Positions 57,764 through 64,000 of a stretch of DNA of 64,000 bases are shown here, one piece after another; position 1 is the stretch's first letter, and each line of letters starts with the position of its first letter. The notes beneath the pieces were generated by a model. The model searched no databases. It saw only the letters and a program-made list of their open reading frames with translations, and was not told the origin of the DNA. The stretch comes from Endomicrobiales bacterium (GTDB lineage Bacteria; Elusimicrobiota; Endomicrobiia; Endomicrobiales; JALOBY01). The position numbers and the translations under genes are program-made. Where the stretch lies: positions 64,001 to 128,000 of the forward strand of contig CAWCNJ010000003.1 of the NCBI GenBank assembly GCA_963796955.1. The letters are read 5' to 3'.

Positions 57764-58496
57764 ACAATTCTCCTTGATCGTATTGTTGTCTCTGATAGTC
57801 TCTGCGCCCCTGTGCGCGAGCCAGATAAACAATTATGTTTTCACACAATTAAGGTATAACGGCAACTGGGACCCGTATCCTGAGACCTGGCAGGAGATCA
57901 TACATTTTCTTACCGCCTCTACCAGCATTATTCCCGAAAGCGGACGGCGGGTGGTAACACTGGACGACGAAGCTCTTTTCTCGTCGCCTTTCCTGATCGT
58001 GCTCGGGACCGGTCAATTCCCCGAGCTGACAGCCTCTCAGACAATAACGCTGCGCCGCTATCTTTCCAACGGCGGACTGCTGTTCGTGGAAAACTCACTG
58101 GGCGTGAAAGGCGGTGCTTTCGACACCGGGTTCAGGCGGCAGATCGCGAAAGTATTGCCTGAAAAACGCTTAAAGACATTACCGCAGACGCACCCGCTTT
58201 TTCGTTCGTATTATTTACTGCGCAAGATCGCCGGCAGGCGCCTGGCCGATGATCACCTCGAAGGTATCGATATTTCCGGCCGGGCGGCGGTGATCTATTC
58301 TCAAAACGACATGATCGGCGCCTGGGCCCGCGATCGTTCCGGGAACTATGTATGGCCATGCCAGCCCGGCGGGGAAAACCAGCGCTTTGAGGCCCAGAAA
58401 CTTACGCTGAATGTCATTATGTACAGTGTTACCGGGACATACAAAGCCGATGCCATCCATCAGAAATATCTCAGACAAAAGATGGGCATACGATGA
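57750..58496 (+). CDS. DUF4159 domain protein
   Basis: LRYNGNWDP, LFSSPF, LRRYLSNGG, HPLFRSYY, VIYSQND, YKADAIH. Confidence 0.8.
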   Translation: MSAVKQFSLIVLLSLIVSAPLCASQINNYVFTQLRYNGNWDPYPETWQEIIHFLTASTSIIPESGRRVVTLDDEALFSSPFLIVLGTGQFPELTASQTITLRRYLSNGGLLFVENSLGVKGGAFDTGFRRQIAKVLPEKRLKTLPQTHPLFRSYYLLRKIAGRRLADDHLEGIDISGRAAVIYSQNDMIGAWARDRSGNYVWPCQPGGENQRFEAQKLTLNVIMYSVTGTYKADAIHQKYLRQKMGIR

Positions 58497-60388
58497 ACTG
58501 GCACCTGAGCGCTTCTTTAAACAACCCCTGGTTCATACTTTCTGTCCCGGTCGCGCTTGCGATCATATATATCCTTTTGACCCGAAAGAAAAAATTACCG
58601 GTTACCGCCCTGCGGATCACTGCAGTGTTCCTGTTGCTTGCGGCCATGGCGAAACCGGAATTGACCGGCGCCCTTGAGCGGTCGCGCCCCGCGCTTGCGA
58701 TATTGGTCGATACGTCAGGCAGTATGCAGCTCACCAAAAAACTCGACGGCGCCGTGAGCTGTTTGCGAAAACTGATGCCGGACATTCGTTCTTCTTACAC
58801 TCCCTTTCTGTATACGTTCGCCGGTAACACACAGAAGGTAAAAAGTCCGGCCGATATGACCCCGTCGGAAGACAAAAATTCCACCGATATCGCCGGCGCC
58901 CTGGCGGAAGCTTCCCGGGATAATCCCGGCGCGCTTTCGGGTGTGCTCCTTCTGTCCGACGGTAATAACACCGCGGGTCCTCTTACGTCGACGGCTCTTC
59001 GGCTGCCAAAAGCTCCGCTGATCTGTATTTCACCATCAAACGACAAAAGTCTGCTTGACTTGAGCATTATCTCTGTGAACGCTCCGGACATCGCTTTTAA
59101 AGGCGCCCCGCTTGAACTGCGCGCGCACTATGGGGCCTCCGGGGCACGGGGTCGTTCCGTGACAATATCAATTTCTCAAGGGAATGTGCCGCTCGCCAGG
59201 CATACGGTCTCTTTTAACGCCGATGCGTGCACAGGTGAAACGGTTTTCATGATCACACCATCCGTCAGCGGCCGGCAGAAATATACCGTCAGGATAGAGA
59301 CGGTAAAAAACGAAATTACCACGCTCAATAACTACCGGGATATTGATATCGATGTGTTGCGCGATAAGATACGGGTTCTCTATATTTGCGGCCGTCCATC
59401 GTATGAATATTCCTTTCTCCGGCATGTGCTTAAAAATGATCCGCTGGTAGAGCTGGTTTCCTTCGTGATCCTGAGGAACCCGGATAATGTGGCGCTGGTG
59501 GCGGAAAACGACCTGGCATTGATACCCTTCCCCATCCATCAGCTTTTTACCCGGGACCTGCCGTCTTTCGACGTGGTGATCTTTGAGAACTTCACCTATC
59601 AGCGTTACGGTTTTATGCCGCAGTACCTGCAAAATCTCGCGGATTTCGTACGAATAAAGGGCGGCGGTTTTATTATGACGGGCGGTGAGAATTCATTTAC
59701 CGCCGGCGGCTGGAAAGGCACAGCTATCGACGGTATTTTGCCGGCGATGGACAGTCCTGAGCACGGCGGCTGGCAGCCCGGGGCTTTCCGCGCGCGCCCG
59801 ACCGCGGGTGGGCATTTCATTATGCAGCTTTCAAAGGAGCCGCAGACGGCCGCGGCGCTGTGGCGCCAGATGCCGGAGCTTGACGGCTGCACCAGGCTTG
59901 AAGCGCGCAAAGGTGCGCACGTGCTGTTCACCGACGCGAGAGGCACAACACCGGAGCTTGCCGTGTGGGACTGCGGAAAAGGGCGCGTGGCGGCGCTTGG
60001 CGTGAACACGACCTGGCGCTGGGCCCTGCAAATGCCGACGGCCGACGCCTATACGAATTTTTGGCGGAACATGCTGCGCTGGCTCGCAAAGGCTGAAGCC
60101 GAAAATGACCCCGGCACGCGTACGGCTAAACCTGCCGTTCAGCCTTCACCCGCCGCAACGGAAGAAATTGAACTGGCGGTCAATGAGACAGCGCTCAGAC
60201 GCATGGCGCAGGAAACGAACGGTGGCTATTTCAACAGCGAAAATGTTACTATATTAGACATACAGCGGCTGACAAAACCCGTTGCCGCAACAGCGAACGA
60301 AGAGCACAGAAGCTTGTGGGATACGCCATGGCTTTTGCTGGCGGCCTGCGGATCGCTTTTAGCCGAATGGTATTTAAGGAAAAGATAA
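58493..60388 (+). CDS. membrane vWA plus class I glutamine amidotransferase-like protein
   Basis: DTSGSM, TDI, LSDG; IRVLY, EYSFLR, GGGFIMTGG, GKGRV, TWRW, C-terminal EWYLRKR. Confidence 0.8.
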   Translation: MNWHLSASLNNPWFILSVPVALAIIYILLTRKKKLPVTALRITAVFLLLAAMAKPELTGALERSRPALAILVDTSGSMQLTKKLDGAVSCLRKLMPDIRSSYTPFLYTFAGNTQKVKSPADMTPSEDKNSTDIAGALAEASRDNPGALSGVLLLSDGNNTAGPLTSTALRLPKAPLICISPSNDKSLLDLSIISVNAPDIAFKGAPLELRAHYGASGARGRSVTISISQGNVPLARHTVSFNADACTGETVFMITPSVSGRQKYTVRIETVKNEITTLNNYRDIDIDVLRDKIRVLYICGRPSYEYSFLRHVLKNDPLVELVSFVILRNPDNVALVAENDLALIPFPIHQLFTRDLPSFDVVIFENFTYQRYGFMPQYLQNLADFVRIKGGGFIMTGGENSFTAGGWKGTAIDGILPAMDSPEHGGWQPGAFRARPTAGGHFIMQLSKEPQTAAALWRQMPELDGCTRLEARKGAHVLFTDARGTTPELAVWDCGKGRVAALGVNTTWRWALQMPTADAYTNFWRNMLRWLAKAEAENDPGTRTAKPAVQPSPAATEEIELAVNETALRRMAQETNGGYFNSENVTILDIQRLTKPVAATANEEHRSLWDTPWLLLAACGSLLAEWYLRKR

Positions 60389-60421
60389 GAACTAAGCAGC
60401 TCAAGGAATGGAGGAGCCTCT

Positions 60422-60979
60422 ATGGTGTACAGAACCGACGGAGAACTCGAACAGGGATTGTTCAGCACGCAGGATGAGGATCTTGTCAAAGAGTATAAAA
60501 AAGCGCAAAGACGCAAGGACCACCGGATCATGCTCTCTGAAATTTCCGGTATTACGAACGATATGCTGCTGGATCGATTCCTCCAAATGGAGATACGGCC
60601 AGAAACACTGACCTCCATTTCCCTGGTCCCCCTGATAGAGGTCGGCTGGGCTGACGGAAAACTGGATGATCTTGAGCGGGAAGCTATCCTGAAAGCCGTC
60701 GAGAAGTTCGGGTGGAGAAAAACCAGCATAGATTATCTATTGTTGGCACGCTGGCTATGCAAAAGGCCCGGCGCGACGCTCTTCGAACTGTGGAAAGCCT
60801 ACACGGCCAGCCTCTGTAAGAGCCTGTCAACGTCAGAGGTTGAATCCCTTCGCTATGAGATACTCGGACACGCCATCGCGATCGCGAACGCGAGCGGCGG
60901 TATCATGGGTATCGGCAAAATTTGCGCCGCGGAAAAAGCCGTGTTAAAAGAGATCGAAAAGGCTTTTACAATAAAATAA
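60422..60979 (+). CDS. conserved hypothetical protein, TerB-like fold
   Basis: LEQGLF, LVPLIEVGWADG..ER.AIL, ASGG..G.GK; GGAGG RBS. Confidence 0.6.
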   Translation: MVYRTDGELEQGLFSTQDEDLVKEYKKAQRRKDHRIMLSEISGITNDMLLDRFLQMEIRPETLTSISLVPLIEVGWADGKLDDLEREAILKAVEKFGWRKTSIDYLLLARWLCKRPGATLFELWKAYTASLCKSLSTSEVESLRYEILGHAIAIANASGGIMGIGKICAAEKAVLKEIEKAFTIK

Positions 60980-60987
60980 ATGATCCC

Positions 60988-63004
60988 ATGATAAGCGTCT
61001 GGGTTTTCCTGATCGCCTGCGCAGGATATGTTTTTTCGATGGCTCCCGGTATTGTCGTGGGCGACTCGGGTGAGTTTTGCGCCGCTGCCGCCACGCTTTC
61101 CCTGCCGCACAGCCCGGGTTATCCTCTGTATGTTCTGCTGGGTAAGGTCCTGTCCATACTGATGCCGTTTGCGACCGTAGCCTACCGCGTGAACCTGTTA
61201 AGCGCGCTGTCAGCCGCTGTCGCGGTGACGGCGCTGTACTACGTATTTCTCAAATTGCTTGATGAGTGCGACGGAAAAGAAATGATAGCGGCCTCCGCGG
61301 CCTTGATAGCCGGCGCGAGCGCCGCTTTCGTCTCAAGCGCCGCGCAGGCTGAGGTCTTTACCCTTAACAGTTTATTCCTTGTATTGATCCTCTATGCCTT
61401 GCTGTATGGTAAAACAGTGCTTGCAGGATTCCTGTTCGGGCTTGGCCTTGGTAACCACCAGACCCTCCTGTTCGTGCTGCCGTTCGCTACGGGAGAGCTG
61501 TACCGAACAAAGAAGTTCACCGTGCGGGAGATAACCGCATTTTCAGGCGCCGCGGCAATGGGTATTTCCATCTACCTCGTCTTACTGCTGCGCGCGCAGG
61601 CGCACCCTCCGTTGAACTGGGGAGATCCGGAAAATCTGCATAATCTGTGGCGGGTCATTTCACGGGCGGATTACGGCAGTCTCTCATTAACGGTGGGTGA
61701 AAAGATCCCGTTCACGTTTCCGTTCATGCTCAGACAACTGCACCGCTATCTTGATTTCTTTCTGCAGCAATTCACTGTTTTTGGCGCCATTCTTGGCGCC
61801 GCGGGCTGGTGGTGGGCCCTCAGAAAAGGATTGCCGAGCGCGAAAGAGTTGTTCATGACCTGGTTGCTGATAGGGCCGGGTTTTCTGTTGTTCGCGAACC
61901 TGCCCTTTAACGGCGAATCGAACGGGATACTGGAGCGTTTTTATATTTTGCCGAACCTGTTCTTCGTCTTCGGGGTACTATACGGTATCGCATTGTTGCG
62001 CAGGATCCCGGTGCAAAAGACAGGGTTGGCCGCAATGGTCCTGTGCGCCTCTCTTTTCCTTTTCTCGTCGAGAACATTCGCGGCGCCCTTCAGGTGGAAC
62101 CTGGTCTGTCATGATTATGGCCGCAATATCCTTCGTTCCCTGCCGTACGGCAGTATCCTTTTCATCGATGGCGGCGACGATACTTTTTACAGCCTCGCGT
62201 ATTTCACGTTCGCCCGCCGTCTGAGACCCGATATAGAGGTCCACGACCGGGGGGCTGGTTTTCAGGAACATCTACGGCGCCGATTTCCGGCAACTCACAA
62301 AAAGTGAAAAAGAGGATCGCCGCCAGCAGGTCGAAAGGAATTTTCTGGGTGTCAGACCGGTCTATTTCTCCACTTTTAATCCGGTCATACTGCCGGGGGT
62401 CGCCATGGCATTGCGCGGGGTGTTGTATGCCCCGTCGCTGCAGCCGTCAACCGACCCTTGGCCCTGCTACAACCTGCGCGGGGTGTATGGCATGGATCAC
62501 CCGGATTATAGAACGCGGGCTTTGATACCCGTTTACACGTTCTTTGAAGCCAGGCGCAGGCCGTCCCTCGCCGGTGCAGCCGTATCCGTTATGATGGATA
62601 AATGGCCTGAAGTCCTGTGGGTCGCATTGAACGCGCGCGTATTCATAAATGAAACAGCCTATAACGAGATCAACGCCGGCAGCACAGCTTCCGGCAGGGA
62701 ACTGCTGTGCACGGCCGTCGCATTGTTCCCGGATAACGCATACGCGTTGTCAACGCTCGGTGTTTTGTCGGAAAAACAGAATGATCTGGCAAGCGCCGAG
62801 CAGTACAACCGGCGTGCCATTTTAGCTGACGCCAGCTTTGCCGATGCCTACTATAATCTGATGGTGCTGGCCTGGAAAAAGCAGGATTGGGGCGCGGCGG
62901 CAAAAGCCCTTGAGCAGCTGCAGGCTCACGCGCCGAACGACCCGCGTCCTCAACGCTATCTGCCTCAGATCATGGCAAAATGGCGCGCGGGCCGGAAAAC
63001 CTGA
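60988..63004 (+). CDS. DUF2723 / TMEM260-like (GT117) membrane glycosyltransferase with C-terminal TPR; frameshift at G6 62249-62254
   Basis: GDSGEF..LPHSPGYPLY, AEVFTLN, NHQT, LNWGDP, GGDDTF; the +1 frame continues LVFRNIYG.. into ORF 62405-63004, which has TPR motifs (ADAYYNL). Confidence 0.78.
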
Positions 63005-64000
63005 TGATCGTATTTATCGCTCAATTTCTTCTCTATCTGACGACGCTTTTTCCTTTCACGGCCCAATACCGCGACAGCGGCGAAATGGTCACCGCCGCGG
63101 CTTCTCTCGGCATTGCTCATCCTCCGGGATATCCCCTATACACATTGTTGACAAATATCTTCGTAGTGCTTGTGCCGTTCGCGACCATACCCTACCGGCT
63201 GAATGTGCTGTCGGCTCTCGGCTCTGCCTGTGCCGTCTGGCTGTTGTACCGGTTGTTCATCCTTTTTGCGCATAAGAACGAGCTTCCTGTTTCCGGCAGC
63301 CTCAAACTCGCCGCCGGCCTTTCCGCGATGGTGTACGGCACTTCATACCTGCAATGGTATCTGGCGCTCGTCTCAGAAATGTACACGCTTAACACATTGC
63401 TGACACTCGTTGTGCTGGGCGGTTTGTTCTTCACGTTCAAAAAAACTTCCATTGAAATACGTGCCCTGGTTTTACTGGCTTTTATAACAGGCATGGGTCT
63501 TGGCGTCAGGATGGACCTGCTGCTGATAACACCCGCCGCGTTATGGCTGCTCTGGGCAAGAAGGGGAGAACTTAACGCGCGGGTTGTAGCAGTCGCCATC
63601 GCTTCATTTTTTTTCGGTTTTTCCGTCTTTGCCTATTTGTATATACGATCAAATACGTTGCCGATGCTGGACTGGAACCATCCGGCGACGTTCGAGAGGC
63701 TGTGGGGCTCTATCGCGCGTAAAACGCACGGCGGCACGCTTGACCTGATATCGGAAAGTTATGCGGCCGGCGATAACTTCCTGGTTGGCATGAAGTTTTA
63801 TTTCACGCATCTGCTGACGGCCTTCAGCGTTCTCGGCTCACCGCTTGCATTATTCGGGTTGTATCGTTTGTGGAAAACAGAACGGAGCTATGCCCAGGCG
63901 ACAATACTGGCCTGGCTGGTGACCTGTCCGTTGTCCATTTATATAAGCAATATTCCGCCGAATACCCACGCCTTCGCGATCCTTGAAGCCCATTTTCTTT
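63004..64000 (+). CDS. second DUF2723 / TMEM260-like protein, partial at the window end (alternative start 62980)
   Basis: My translation: MIVFIAQFLLYLTTLFPFTAQYRDSGEMVTAAASLGIAHPPGYPLY...SEMYTLN...LDWNHP; not in the ORF track, most likely because it runs off the window. Confidence 0.8.
   Translation, partial: MIVFIAQFLLYLTTLFPFTAQYRDSGEMVTAAASLGIAHPPGYPLYTLLTNIFVVLVPFATIPYRLNVLSALGSACAVWLLYRLFILFAHKNELPVSGSLKLAAGLSAMVYGTSYLQWYLALVSEMYTLNTLLTLVVLGGLFFTFKKTSIEIRALVLLAFITGMGLGVRMDLLLITPAALWLLWARRGELNARVVAVAIASFFFGFSVFAYLYIRSNTLPMLDWNHPATFERLWGSIARKTHGGTLDLISESYAAGDNFLVGMKFYFTHLLTAFSVLGSPLALFGLYRLWKTERSYAQATILAWLVTCPLSIYISNIPPNTHAFAILEAHFL

Noticed and set aside
62304..62525. 73-aa + strand ORF
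   Set aside because: Alternative frame overlapping the true continuation of the DUF2723 gene

Overview
Mostly + strand chromosomal window from a moderate-GC, probably diderm bacterium. The gene style (PorV-TPR fusion, S/T-rich FN3 protein with a FlgD/T9SS-like tail, tandem DUF2723 genes) suggests Elusimicrobiota, but this is inference only. Blocks in order: (1) ptsN-like EIIA, a kinase-less KdpD, and pstSCAB1B2 running directly into ftsW-murG-dgkA-surE-uvrB. (2) A ~23 kb accessory envelope region (12.1-35.3 kb) in which glycosyltransferase, sugar and murJ genes are interleaved with AT-rich cassettes: a secreted beta-helix pseudogene split by a 1577-bp IS3-like element, a beta-propeller plus Ig/SLT pair, an adenylate cyclase divergent from a PorV-TPR / PrsW / FN3-CTD operon, and a nucleotidyltransferase with a small partner. 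(3) The rimP-nusA-infB-rbfA-nrnA-truB-ribF-rpsO-pnp core block, with several structured leaders. (4) accB-wHTH-ftsK-lolA-rodZ-rimO-pgsA-pgpA-MBL-xerD-smr. (5) A MoxR-DUF58-BatA/vWA-DUF4159-vWA/GATase cluster followed by a TerB-like gene and two DUF2723 genes. No rRNA, tRNA or CRISPR array was seen. Most notable: complementary degenerate motifs in the two PstB ATPases next to the EIIA and kinase-less KdpD; the PorV-TPR/PrsW/CTD-cargo operon; and an IS3-like element with non-canonical ends. All family calls come from motif recognition by eye, not database searches.
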